From Armatimonadota bacterium (lineage in GTDB: Bacteria > Armatimonadota > UBA10988): 64,000 nt of DNA. The stretch lies in NCBI GenBank assembly GCA_016235455.1, contig JACRKZ010000057.1:1-64000 (forward strand), written 5' to 3'. Below the pieces are notes generated by a model. That model worked only from the letters and a program-made list of their open reading frames with translations, was not told the origin of the DNA and ran no database searches. Positions 35,453 through 44,351 of the stretch are shown in pieces. The translations under genes and the position numbers were made by a program. Within the stretch, counting starts at the first letter, position 1; each line of letters starts with the position of its first letter.

Positions 35453-36011
35453 GGTCGACGGCCAGCCCATCGGGCGCGCGCTGCGCCACCGCTATGTCAT
35501 GTTCCACAAGCCGTCGGGCTGCGTGACCACCCGCTCCGACCCCGAAGGTCGGCGCACGGTCTATGACCTGCTGTATGACGACGACCGCGTGCTGCACACC
35601 GTCGGCCGGCTCGACTGGGACTCCAGCGGCTTGCTGCTGCTGACCAACGACGGCGAGTTGACCCACCGCCTGACGCACCCGCGCTACGGCATCCAGAAGC
35701 TCTACCGCGTGGCCACCAAACCTTGGCCGACCGAGAAGTACATGCGCCTGATTCGGCGCGGCGTGGAGCTCGAGGACGGTATCGCCAAGGTCAAGAAGGC
35801 CAAGTACCTGCACGCCGACACCTGCGAGCTGACACTCGGCGAAGGGCGCAACCGCGAGGTGCGCCGCATCTTCGAGACGCTCGGCTGCGAGGTGCTGTAC
35901 CTGTGCCGCATGCAGTTCGGCCCATTGACCATCGGCACCCTGCGCGAAGGCGCGGCGCGTCCGCTCAAGGACGATGAGGTGCAGCGGCTGCGCGATGCGG
36001 TGGGATTGTAG
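35307..36011 (+). CDS. rluB: rRNA pseudouridine synthase (RluB/RsuA family)
   Basis: S4 domain MERLQK.IA.AG..SRR.AE, KP.G..TT..DPEGR.TV, VGRLD..SSGLLLLTNDG, EGRNRE.RR. Confidence 0.9.
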   Translation: MERLQKLIAAAGICSRRAAEQLIRDGRVRVNGKVVRELGSKASPTDLIEVDGQPIGRALRHRYVMFHKPSGCVTTRSDPEGRRTVYDLLYDDDRVLHTVGRLDWDSSGLLLLTNDGELTHRLTHPRYGIQKLYRVATKPWPTEKYMRLIRRGVELEDGIAKVKKAKYLHADTCELTLGEGRNREVRRIFETLGCEVLYLCRMQFGPLTIGTLREGAARPLKDDEVQRLRDAVGL

Positions 36012-36037
36012 CGACCGGACCTGCTCTCTCTAGCCAC

Positions 36038-36102
36038 CCACAGTTTACGCAGATTACACAGATGAACGGATCGGCCATCTGTGCAATCTGCGTTATCCGT
36101 GG
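36038..36102. repeat. Palindromic element A built from 9-nt units
   Basis: Left arm CCACAGTTT-ACGCAGATT-ACACAGATG (36038-36064); right arm CATCTGTGC-AATCTGCGT-TATCCGTGG (36076-36102); 23/27 complementary; between convergent rluB and pgi. Confidence 0.8.
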
Positions 36103-36126
36103 ATCATCAGATAGGTCTGCGCGATA

Positions 36127-37752
36127 TCAGCCCTTGCGGCTCAGGTACCGCGCCACCAGCGCCTCGGTCGAGCTGTCCAGGGCTGCCTTGGCCTTGCCGC
36201 TGAACACCTCGCCCAGCTCCGTGGCCAGCACCTTGCCGAGCTGCACGCCCCACTGGTCGAACGAGTTGATGCCCCAGACCGCGCCTTGCGTGAAGACCTT
36301 GTGCTCATAGAGCGCGATCAGCGCGCCCAGCGCCTGCGGCGTGAGGCGGTCGACCAGGATGGTGTTGGTCGGCCGATTGCCCTCGAACACGCGGTGCGGC
36401 ACGAGTTCGGCGTCCTTCTCCTCGCCGGCGACTTCCTCGGCGGTCTTGCCGAAGGCCAGCGCGCGCGTCTGCGCGAACAGGTTGGCCATGAGCAGGTCGT
36501 GGTGCACGTTAAGCGGGTTCTGCGTCTGGCAGCAGCCGATGAAGTCGCACGGGATGAGCCGTGTGCCCTGGTGGATGAGCTGGTAGAAGGCGTGCTGGCC
36601 GTTGGTGCCCGGCTGGCCGAAGACCACGGGACCCGTGTTGTAGTCGAGCCGACGGCCGTCGCGGTCGACGCTCTTGCCGTTGCTCTCCATGTCGAGCTGC
36701 TGCAGGTAGGCGGTGAGCTTGTTGAGGTACTGGTCATAGGGCAGCACGGCCTGCGTCTCGGCGCCGTGGAAGTTGGAGTACCACAAGCCCAGCAGCCCCA
36801 GCAGCATGGGCAGGTTCTCAGCGATCGGCGCGGTGCGGAAGTGCTCATCCATGGCATGGAAGCCGTCCAGCAGCTCGCCGAAGTGGTCGGGGCCGATGGC
36901 CAGCATGAGCGACAAGCCGATGGCCGACGTCAGCGAGTAGCGCCCGCCGACCCAGTCCCAGAAACCGAACATGTTGTCGGTGTCGATGCCGAAGCGGGCC
37001 ACTTCCACCGCGTTGGTCGAGACGGCGACGAAGTGCGCGGCGATGGCGATCTTGTCGCACAGTTTCTCGAGCAGCCAATCGCGCGCCGTGTTGGCGTTGG
37101 TCATCGTCTCGATGGTGGTGAACGTCTTGGAGGCGACGATGAACAGCGTCTCCTCGGGGTCGAGGTCGCGCGTGGCCTCGGCGAAGTCGCTGCCGTCCAC
37201 ATTGGACACGAAGCGGAAGACCATATCGCGCCGGCTGTACGGCCGCAGCGCCTCATAGGCCATGGCCGGGCCCAGGTCGGAGCCGCCGATGCCCAGGTTG
37301 ACCACGTTGCGGATCGGCTTGCCTGTATAGCCCTTCCACTCGCCCGAGCGGACACGCTCGGCGAAGGCGGCCATCTTGTCCAGCACGCCATGGATCTCGC
37401 TCACGCCCGCCACGCGCGTGGGCAGGCTGGCGTAGCCGCGGGGCATGCGCAGCGCGGTGTGCAGCACGGCGCGGCCTTCGGTGTTGTTGATGGCTTCGCC
37501 GGCGAACATGGCGTCACGCCGTGCCTCAACCCCGGTCTCCTCGGCCAACGCCACCAGCAGGGCCATGGTCTCATCGGTGACCAGGTTCTTGGAGTAGTCC
37601 AGGTAGATGCCTGCGGCCTCAGCGGTGAGGCGCGTGCCGCGCGTCGGGTCGGCGGCGAACAGGCCGCGCAGGTGCTGGCCCGCGAGGCTGGCCTGGTGTG
37701 CTTCCAAGGCGGCCCACGCCGCGGTTTGCCGGAGAGGGGTGGTGGACGTCAT
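36127..37752 (-). CDS. pgi: Glucose-6-phosphate isomerase
   Basis: [82 protein letters not shown]. Confidence 0.97.
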   Translation of the reverse strand: MTSTTPLRQTAAWAALEAHQASLAGQHLRGLFAADPTRGTRLTAEAAGIYLDYSKNLVTDETMALLVALAEETGVEARRDAMFAGEAINNTEGRAVLHTALRMPRGYASLPTRVAGVSEIHGVLDKMAAFAERVRSGEWKGYTGKPIRNVVNLGIGGSDLGPAMAYEALRPYSRRDMVFRFVSNVDGSDFAEATRDLDPEETLFIVASKTFTTIETMTNANTARDWLLEKLCDKIAIAAHFVAVSTNAVEVARFGIDTDNMFGFWDWVGGRYSLTSAIGLSLMLAIGPDHFGELLDGFHAMDEHFRTAPIAENLPMLLGLLGLWYSNFHGAETQAVLPYDQYLNKLTAYLQQLDMESNGKSVDRDGRRLDYNTGPVVFGQPGTNGQHAFYQLIHQGTRLIPCDFIGCCQTQNPLNVHHDLLMANLFAQTRALAFGKTAEEVAGEEKDAELVPHRVFEGNRPTNTILVDRLTPQALGALIALYEHKVFTQGAVWGINSFDQWGVQLGKVLATELGEVFSGKAKAALDSSTEALVARYLSRKG

Positions 37753-37788
37753 CGCTGCATACCTCACCGGTAAGTGTACACCGACTGC

Positions 37789-38940
37789 TCATTTTGGTGG
37801 CCAGGCGACCACCTTCACACACGGCTTCTCGGCGCTCATCGACAGGTAGGCGAGGTGGCCGCCATCGGGCGAGAACACCGGCCCGGCGGCGTTCGGGCCC
37901 TCGTCCACCACCACCACGTTGGCCGGCTCGGCGGGCCGCAGGGCCAGGACCTTGGTGCGCCGTGGCGTGGTCGAGTCGAACGAGGTGAAGGCCAGCCAGT
38001 CGCCGTCCGGGCTGAAGGCCGGGTCGGCGGCGTTGGTGGGGCTGACGCGCGCGGCCAGCGCCAAGGCGCGCTGCCGGCCGAGCACCAGCGGCGCCGGCGT
38101 CGGCTCGCCCTGGGGGCCGGCGGTCCAGGCCAGCCACTGGCCGTCGCTGCTGTAGACCGCTGGCGCGGTGCCGACATAGCCGGGCCGCTCCACGCGGTCG
38201 GCCACGAGCTGGCCCGAGGGCCGACTGGTGAACAGGCGCAGGCCTTTGGTCGGGTCGAGCGCGCCGCTGAAGGCCAGGCTGCGGCTGTCCGGCGCCCAGG
38301 CCACGCTGCCCGGCGTGATGGTCAGGTGGGCCGACACGCTCTTGGCGATGCTGTGCTCGAGGTCGCAGACGAACAGGATGGTGCGCCCTAACGACCGCGT
38401 GCAGAAGGCCAACCACTTGGCGTCGCGCGACCATTTGATGCCGATGGGCGGCGAATCGAGCGGTACATGGCTGCCGTGCGCGCCGTTGGCCTCGCAGTAG
38501 AACAGCTCGTACGGCTTCTCCGCGCCCGGCCCGGCCCGCAGCCCAAAGGCCAGCATCGCGCCGTTGGGCGACCAGGCGGCGTCGAGCGGGGTGGTGCTGC
38601 CAACCACGGCGAAGGCCGTCGGCTCCTCACCGTCCAGCCCGCCGATGAGCATGGTGCGTTTGCCGTCGCGGCGCGCGGCATAGGCCACGCGCTTGCCATC
38701 GGGATGGAACCAGACGCTGGCTGCCGACTCCGGCCGCGGAGTCCAGCGCAGTTCGGTCGGCTCAGCGTCGCCGGCCAGCCCCGCAATGAACCAGGCAGGC
38801 TCGCTGTCGGTGGCACCGACGAAGGCCACGCGTTGCCCACCGTCCACCCACACCACCGGGCCGAGAACGACCCTGTCACCACTGACGGTCGCGGGCTGAA
38901 CGGCCAACAGCAGGCCAGCCAGCCACCACGGCCAGATCAT
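37789..38940 (-). CDS. Exported TolB-like beta-propeller (PD40/WD40-like repeats)
   Basis: Signal peptide MIWPWWLAGLLLAV; repeated (W/F)SPDG..LAF motifs (WFHPDGKRVAY, WSPNGAMLAF, WSRDAKWLAF, FSPDGDWLAF, FSPDGGHLAY). Confidence 0.82.
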   Translation of the reverse strand: MIWPWWLAGLLLAVQPATVSGDRVVLGPVVWVDGGQRVAFVGATDSEPAWFIAGLAGDAEPTELRWTPRPESAASVWFHPDGKRVAYAARRDGKRTMLIGGLDGEEPTAFAVVGSTTPLDAAWSPNGAMLAFGLRAGPGAEKPYELFYCEANGAHGSHVPLDSPPIGIKWSRDAKWLAFCTRSLGRTILFVCDLEHSIAKSVSAHLTITPGSVAWAPDSRSLAFSGALDPTKGLRLFTSRPSGQLVADRVERPGYVGTAPAVYSSDGQWLAWTAGPQGEPTPAPLVLGRQRALALAARVSPTNAADPAFSPDGDWLAFTSFDSTTPRRTKVLALRPAEPANVVVVDEGPNAAGPVFSPDGGHLAYLSMSAEKPCVKVVAWPPK

Positions 38941-39001
38941 GCGCAGATCTCCCAACACGTCGGCGCCTTGGCGCCATGATGCTATTCTGTACCCGGTCAG
39001 G

Positions 39002-39253
39002 ATGACCTGTGTGACGATCAGTCTCCGCTTCTTCTCTGCCGCGCGCGACGCCACCGGCCTGCTGGTCGACCATCTGGCGCTGCCTGACGGCGCGACCCTG
39101 GCCGACGCCTGGGCCGCCATGGCCGCGCGCTGGCCCGAGCTCGACCGCCTGCCGTTGCGCGGGCTGGCCGTCAATCGCGCGTTCGTCACCGAGGACGTCT
39201 GCCTGGCCGATGGCGATGAGTTGGCGGTCATTCCGCCGGTCAGCGGAGGCTGA
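39002..39253 (+). CDS. MoaD/ThiS-family sulfur-carrier protein
   Basis: FFSAARDATG, LAVN..F, L.DGDELAVIPPVSGG with C-terminal Gly-Gly. Confidence 0.9.
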   Translation: MTCVTISLRFFSAARDATGLLVDHLALPDGATLADAWAAMAARWPELDRLPLRGLAVNRAFVTEDVCLADGDELAVIPPVSGG

Positions 39254-39292
39254 GATGGCCGCGCCTGACCGGGTGGCCGCGGAGGTGACCCG

Positions 39293-40252
39293 ATGAACGT
39301 GCCGCCCGTGTCGCTGCGGCGCTGTGCCAGCTACGAGCCGGCTGATCTGGACCCGGCGCTCGACGCGCTGCTGGCCGATCTGGGCGGGTTGTCGGCGTTC
39401 GTCGCGCCGGGCCAGCGCGTGCTGCTCAAGCCGAACCTGATCTCGGACTCACCGCCCGAGCGCGCCGCCACCACGCATCCCGCGCTGGTCGAGGCCCTGG
39501 CCCGCCGCATCCAGGCGCTGGGCGCCACGCCGTTTGTGGCCGATGCGCCGGCCTGGGGCGCGCCGCAGGTCGTGGCCCGCGCCACGGGCATGTTGGGCGT
39601 CTGCGAGCGGTTGGGCATCGAGTGGGTCGGCCTGGACCAGAAGGCCTGGCTGCCGAGCACCTATCCGTCGGTGGCACGCGGGTTCCACGTGGATCCGCGC
39701 GTGCTCGGCGCCGATGTGGTCATCAACCTGCCCAAGTTCAAGGGCCATCAGCAACTCGGCTTCACCGGCGCGGTCAAGAACCTGTATGGCTGCCTGGCCG
39801 GGCGCGAGAAGGCCTACCATCATTGCGCGCGGTCACGCACCGATGCGGAGTTCGCGCGCTATCTGGTGGCCTATGCGGCGGCTGTGCCCGTGGCCCTGCA
39901 CCTGAGCGACGGCGTGCTGGCCATGGAAGGCGCCGGCCCCAGGCTGGGTCAGCCGCGGGCGCTGGGCTGGCTGGCGGCGTCCACCGGCGCGGTCGAGGTC
40001 GACGCGGTCTGCGCCGACCTGGTCCAGGCGCCGGCCTCGCATCGCCTGCTGCTCGATGCGGCGGCGGAGCTGGGCTATGGCGAGACCGATCCCGCGCGGA
40101 TAGCCCGGTTGGGCGATGCGCCGGAGAGTCTGCGGGTCGACGATTTTGCCTGGCCCGAGCTGCTGGGAGTCTTCTTCAGCCCGTGGCGACTGCTGCGCGG
40201 CTGGTGGCGCAATCGCAAGTTGATGGCGGTGGAGAGCATGGTCAGCAGATGA
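39293..40252 (+). CDS. DUF362-family protein
   Basis: G.RVLLKPNL, TTHP..V, ADVVINLPKFK.H...FTGAVKNLYG, DG..AMEG.GP..G.P, VD. Confidence 0.82.
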   Translation: MNVPPVSLRRCASYEPADLDPALDALLADLGGLSAFVAPGQRVLLKPNLISDSPPERAATTHPALVEALARRIQALGATPFVADAPAWGAPQVVARATGMLGVCERLGIEWVGLDQKAWLPSTYPSVARGFHVDPRVLGADVVINLPKFKGHQQLGFTGAVKNLYGCLAGREKAYHHCARSRTDAEFARYLVAYAAAVPVALHLSDGVLAMEGAGPRLGQPRALGWLAASTGAVEVDAVCADLVQAPASHRLLLDAAAELGYGETDPARIARLGDAPESLRVDDFAWPELLGVFFSPWRLLRGWWRNRKLMAVESMVSR

Positions 40253-40311
40253 CGCCGATGGCGCGGATGGATTGGCCATCCCATTGGTGTCCATCTGCGC
40301 CATCTGTTGAC
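40241..40311. repeat. Palindromic element B built from 9-nt units
   Basis: GTCAGCAGATG-ACGCCGATG-GCGCGGATGG ... CCATTGGTGT-CCATCTGCG-CCATCTGTTGAC; the left arm contains the DUF362 stop codon. Confidence 0.7.
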
Positions 40312-40340
40312 GAGTGGCCAGGATAGAGGGAGTAGGCAAG

Positions 40341-42917
40341 ATGGCGGGTTGCACGCTGCACGTGATCTCGCACTCGCATTGGGATCGCGAGTGGTACATG
40401 CCGTTCGAGCTGCATCGTCGGCGGCTGGTCAAGCTGATGGACGATCTGCTGGACGTGTTCGACAACGATCCCGAGTTCGGCAGCTTCCACCTGGACGGCC
40501 AGAGCATCCCGCTGGAAGACTACCTGCAGGTGCGGCCCAGCCAGCGTGAGCGCCTGGTCGCGGCGGCCCAGGCCCGCCGCCTGACCGTCGGCCCGTGGTA
40601 CGTGTTGCAGGACGAGTTCCTGACCAGCGCCGAGGCGCAGGTGCGCAACATGATGTACGGCCTGCAAGTGGCGCGCGAGTTCGGCGACCCGCTGCGGGTG
40701 GGCTATCTGGCCGACGCCTTTGGCCACATCGGCCAGATGCCGGCCATTCTCGCCGGGTTCGGCATCGACAACGCCGTGTTCGGCCGCGGGCTCAAGACAC
40801 GCGACGCGTCGCTGCCCGCCGACCTGCCCGTGTCAGAGCGCGGCTACCCCAGCGAACTGACCTGGCGCGGTGCCGACGGTACCGACATCACCGCCATCTA
40901 CATGGCCAACTGGTATGCCAACGCCATGGACATCCCCAGCGAGCCCGAGGCCTGCGCGGCACGTATGGAAGCCATTCGCGCCGGTTGTCTGCGCTTCGCC
41001 ACCACCTCGCACCTGCTGCTGATGAACGGCTGCGACCACACGCCCTGCCAGCTCAACATCAGCGCGCTGCTGGCCACCGCGCGCGAGCGGCTGGACGACG
41101 TCATCCTGCACAGTCGGCTGGACGACTACGTGGCGGCGGTGCTCAGCGAGCAGCCCGACCTGCCCGTGGCGACCGGCGAACTGCGCTCGGAGCGCACCGA
41201 CGGCTGGAGCACGCTGACCAACGTGCTTTCGGCGCGGCTGTACCTCAAGCAGGCCAACTGGCGCTGCCAGCACGCGCTGGAGCGCTATCTGGAGCCGCTG
41301 AGCGCGGTTTGCGGGCTGGCCGGCGCGCCGGTCGACCGCGACCAGCGCCGCTACCTGTGGAAACATCTGCTGGAGAACCATCCGCACGACAGCATCTGCG
41401 GGTGCAGCGTCGACCCGGTGCACCGCGAGATGGAGACTCGCTTCGCCAAGGTCGAGGACCTGGCCGACCAGCTGATCATCGAGCAGATGGACGCAGTGGC
41501 GGCCGGCCTCGATACAACCTGCCTGGCCGACGGCGAGGTGGCCATCGTGGTGCACAACCCTCTGGCCTTCGACCGCTCCGACCTGGTGCAGGCCGAGGTC
41601 AGCTTCCCCGACGGCACCGAACTCGACACCGTGGCCCTGCGCGACGCGGACGGCAACGAGGTCGAGCCTGCGTGGGTTGAGGATCAGGGCCGTGTGTGGG
41701 ACTACACGCTGCCCGACGATCGCTTCCGTGAGGCCTTCTACTGCCGCCGCCTGACGGTGGCCTTCGAGGCCCGTGTGCCGGCCTTTGGCTGCGCGGTGTT
41801 CCGTGCGCGGCCGGCGACCTTGGCCGAGCCGGAGGTGGCCGAGTCGGCCGGCGTGCTGGAGAACGGCAGCGTGTGCGTGGCGCTCCGTCCGGGCGGCCTG
41901 CTGGACATCACCGACAAAGCCACGGGTCGCACCTGGACCGGGCTCAACCAGCTCGTGCTGGGTGGCGACGAGGGCGATGAGTACATCTACCGCGCGCCAG
42001 AGGGCGATGTCGAGCATCCGCTGCGCGGCCATGACTATGTGTACTGGAACGTCGACCCCAGCGGGCGGCGTGCCGAGGCCTTCGACCTGTGGGTGCTGGG
42101 CGGCGAGGACGGTGACGCGCGCGAAGTGGTCGGCGTGTCGCTGCTGGTCAGCCTGCCCACCGACGGCCCGCGCGTCGAGGTGGAGGCGCGTCTGCACAAC
42201 GACGGCGCGCGCTGCTTCCGCGTGCGGGCGCTGTTCCCGACCGACGCCAGCGCGACCACCGCGGCGGCGGACGGCCATTTCGAGGTGGTCGACCGCGCCA
42301 TCACGCCGTGGTCGGGCTGGACCAACCCGAGCAACTGCCAGCCGTGCCTCGACTTCGTCGACGTCTCCGACGACACCGGTGGCATCACCGTGGCCAACCG
42401 CGGCCTGCCTGAGTACGAGGTGCTGCGCGATGGCCGCAATACCATCGCGGTCACGCTGCTGCGGGCGGTGGACCGTGTGGGCGACTGGGGCGACTTCCCC
42501 ACGCCCGAGGCGCAATGCGATGGTGAGAACGTGGCCGAGTATGCCATCATCGCCCATACCGGCAGCCTGACCGACTCGGGCGCCGACCTGGAGGCGCGCG
42601 CTTACAACACACCGCTGCTGGCCGCGCAGACCGATCGCCATGCCGGCCGCTCCGCGGGCAGCTGGCTGCGGCTGGCGCCGTCGCGGCTGGTGCTGTCGGC
42701 CGTGCGTTGGGCCGAGGACCGCGAGGCTTTCATCGTGCGCTTCTACAATCCGTATGGCGATCGCGTCGAGGCCACCGTGGCCAACGGCCTGGGCCTGTCC
42801 CACGCCTGGCGCTGCCGGCTGGATGAGGAACGCGTCGAGGACCTGGGCCAGATCGCGGCTGACGGGCTGGCGCTGTCGGTCGGGCCCCGCGAGATCGCTA
42901 CGCTCGAACTGGCCTGA
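40341..42917 (+). CDS. Glycoside hydrolase family 38 alpha-mannosidase (MngB-like)
   Basis: ISHSHWDREWY, FHLDGQ, GPWYV..DEFL.S.E, GY..DAFGH..QMP, NG.DH, NHPHDSICGCS.D.VH. Confidence 0.93.
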   Translation: MAGCTLHVISHSHWDREWYMPFELHRRRLVKLMDDLLDVFDNDPEFGSFHLDGQSIPLEDYLQVRPSQRERLVAAAQARRLTVGPWYVLQDEFLTSAEAQVRNMMYGLQVAREFGDPLRVGYLADAFGHIGQMPAILAGFGIDNAVFGRGLKTRDASLPADLPVSERGYPSELTWRGADGTDITAIYMANWYANAMDIPSEPEACAARMEAIRAGCLRFATTSHLLLMNGCDHTPCQLNISALLATARERLDDVILHSRLDDYVAAVLSEQPDLPVATGELRSERTDGWSTLTNVLSARLYLKQANWRCQHALERYLEPLSAVCGLAGAPVDRDQRRYLWKHLLENHPHDSICGCSVDPVHREMETRFAKVEDLADQLIIEQMDAVAAGLDTTCLADGEVAIVVHNPLAFDRSDLVQAEVSFPDGTELDTVALRDADGNEVEPAWVEDQGRVWDYTLPDDRFREAFYCRRLTVAFEARVPAFGCAVFRARPATLAEPEVAESAGVLENGSVCVALRPGGLLDITDKATGRTWTGLNQLVLGGDEGDEYIYRAPEGDVEHPLRGHDYVYWNVDPSGRRAEAFDLWVLGGEDGDAREVVGVSLLVSLPTDGPRVEVEARLHNDGARCFRVRALFPTDASATTAAADGHFEVVDRAITPWSGWTNPSNCQPCLDFVDVSDDTGGITVANRGLPEYEVLRDGRNTIAVTLLRAVDRVGDWGDFPTPEAQCDGENVAEYAIIAHTGSLTDSGADLEARAYNTPLLAAQTDRHAGRSAGSWLRLAPSRLVLSAVRWAEDREAFIVRFYNPYGDRVEATVANGLGLSHAWRCRLDEERVEDLGQIAADGLALSVGPREIATLELA

Positions 42918-42925
42918 GCCTGAAC

Positions 42926-42957
42926 CGTGGTCCGCCCGACTGGTCGGGCGGACCACG
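42926..42957. repeat. Perfect GC-rich hairpin after the GH38 gene
   Basis: CGTGGTCCGCCCGAC-TG-GTCGGGCGGACCACG, 15-bp arms. Confidence 0.7.
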
Positions 42958-42965
42958 CCAGAACG

Positions 42966-43008
42966 CAGGAAAGCCCCCAGAGCAAGCTCTGGGGGCTTTC
43001 CTGTTTAT
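42966..43008. terminator. Intrinsic terminator between GH38 gene and tRNA-Pro
   Basis: CAGGAAAGCCCCCAGAGC-AA-GCTCTGGGGGCTTTCCTG, 18-bp arms, followed by TTTAT. Confidence 0.75.
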
Positions 43009-43013
43009 GTCCA

Positions 43014-43087
43014 TCGGGGTGGGCGGATTTGAACCGCCGGCCTCACGGTCCCGAACCGTGCGCTCTACCAAGCTGAGCCACACCCCG
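43014..43087 (-). tRNA. tRNA-Pro (anticodon CGG), CCA not encoded
   Basis: Reverse complement CGGGGTGTGGCTCAGCTTGGTAGAGCGCACGGTTCGGGACCGTGAGGCCGGCGGTTCAAATCCGCCCACCCCGA folds as a cloverleaf; anticodon loop TT-CGG-GA. Confidence 0.95.
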
Positions 43088-43102
43088 TGTAGTTCGCAGC
43101 GC

Positions 43103-43130
43103 ATAATACCACTTGGCGCGACGGCGTCAA
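43103..43130 (-). promoter_or_regulatory. Sigma-70 promoter of tRNA-Pro
   Basis: TTGACG-N16-TATTAT on the minus strand, 15 nt upstream of the tRNA. Confidence 0.65.
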
Positions 43131-43216
43131 GGCCGGCTTGGGCAGCGGGGTGAGGACGCGACCTCCGGTGTGCGCGGTCAGCACAGCCCCAAGTCCTACG
43201 GCCTGCGTCGCCGACC

Positions 43217-43627
43217 TCAGCCCAGCGGCTCCTCGGGTGTGGGCAGCGCGGCATCCTGGGCCAGCGCGTCGTCGAGTTCGGACTCCACGAGCTTGACCTG
43301 GTCGGAGATAAAGGCCGCGGTGTCGGGGTCGCCCTGACGGCGGGTGGCGTAGGCTTCGCGCCACAGGTCCACTGCCCGGCGCAGACAGCGGATGCGGTCG
43401 GCCGGGGAGACGGCCTCATCGGCGGCGACCTGGGCCTTCTGCGCGGCCATGCGCAGTCGCACGTGGCGCAGGGCGAGTTCGTGCTCGTCGGCCAGATCCT
43501 GCGTCTCACGCCTCGTCTTGAGGTAGCGTTTGGCGCCGCTGACGACCAGGGCGATGGAGATGGCCAGCGACAGCAGCATGACCACCAGCACCGACATCCA
43601 CCAGCTCGGACGGTCAGACGACAGCAT
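43217..43627 (-). CDS. Hypothetical single-TM helical protein
   Basis: TM segment VLVVMLLSLAISIALVV followed by a helical charged region; start overlaps the aroK 3' end; RBS GGGAGAG. Confidence 0.6.
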   Translation of the reverse strand: MLSSDRPSWWMSVLVVMLLSLAISIALVVSGAKRYLKTRRETQDLADEHELALRHVRLRMAAQKAQVAADEAVSPADRIRCLRRAVDLWREAYATRRQGDPDTAAFISDQVKLVESELDDALAQDAALPTPEEPLG

Positions 43628-44174
43628 CGGACTCTCCCGCGACGATCAGTTGGACAACCTGCGCCGGCGTGCGTTGGTCGACCACGACCACCTGGTCGGC
43701 CGCGGCCCGGTAGTAGGGCGTGCGCTCGGCCAGCAGTTCCTCGACGCGCCGCTGAACCGCGGCCGGCGTGCGTTCGGCCACATGGTCGTCGATCATCGGC
43801 CGGCCAGGGCCATCGGCGACAATGCGCCGCGCGGCCTCCTCGGCGCCGAGTGCCAACCAGACAATGCGCCCGCCGGCGCGTAGCGCGGCCACATTGGCCG
43901 GATCGCGCGCCACGCCACCGCCGCACGAGATGACCAGGCCTGTCTGGCCCGCAGCCTGCGCCACCGCGGCTTGCTCGCGGGCGCGGAAGCCCGTCTCGCC
44001 TTCCGCGGCGAAGATGTCGGGGATCGACCGGCCGGCCTGGTCGACGATGATCTGGTCGGTATCCACCAGCCGATAGCCCAGTCGCGCGGCCAGCAATTGC
44101 CCGACAGTGCTCTTGCCGGCGGCCATGAAGCCCACCAGCGCCACGTTGTCTCGGTCCGCCAAGCCTGCCTCCAT
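43614..44174 (-). CDS. aroK: Shikimate kinase
   Basis: LVGFMAAGKSTVG, DTD..I....G.SI.DIF...GE..FR..E, SCGGG, RP, ER..YY; start ATG 44174 after AAGGAG. Confidence 0.93.
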   Translation of the reverse strand: MEAGLADRDNVALVGFMAAGKSTVGQLLAARLGYRLVDTDQIIVDQAGRSIPDIFAAEGETGFRAREQAAVAQAAGQTGLVISCGGGVARDPANVAALRAGGRIVWLALGAEEAARRIVADGPGRPMIDDHVAERTPAAVQRRVEELLAERTPYYRAAADQVVVVDQRTPAQVVQLIVAGESDAVV

Positions 44175-44351
44175 CCGCGCTCCTTGGCCGTGCCGGTCGC
44201 TTGACCTGCTTGCCTTTCTGCCCCGCGCGCGGTAGGATTCCGGAACCATACATCCCGCGCTAACGCTCGCCTGATCTGGGCACACTACTGTTATGCGACG
44301 GTGGGTCGTGGACACCAGAGTAGGTTGGGAGTCTCCGTGCGTCGACGCAAC

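Noticed and set aside
36038-36102. Nonamer repeats as a CRISPR array
   Set aside because: They are inverted and internally periodic, with no direct repeat-unique spacer series and no cas genes in the window.
36062-36310. Short ORFs reading through the palindromes (ICAICVI..., SVASVRSVV... at 52243)
   Set aside because: The peptide periodicity is just the 9-nt repeat translated; no RBS, and the 36062 ORF overlaps pgi antisense.
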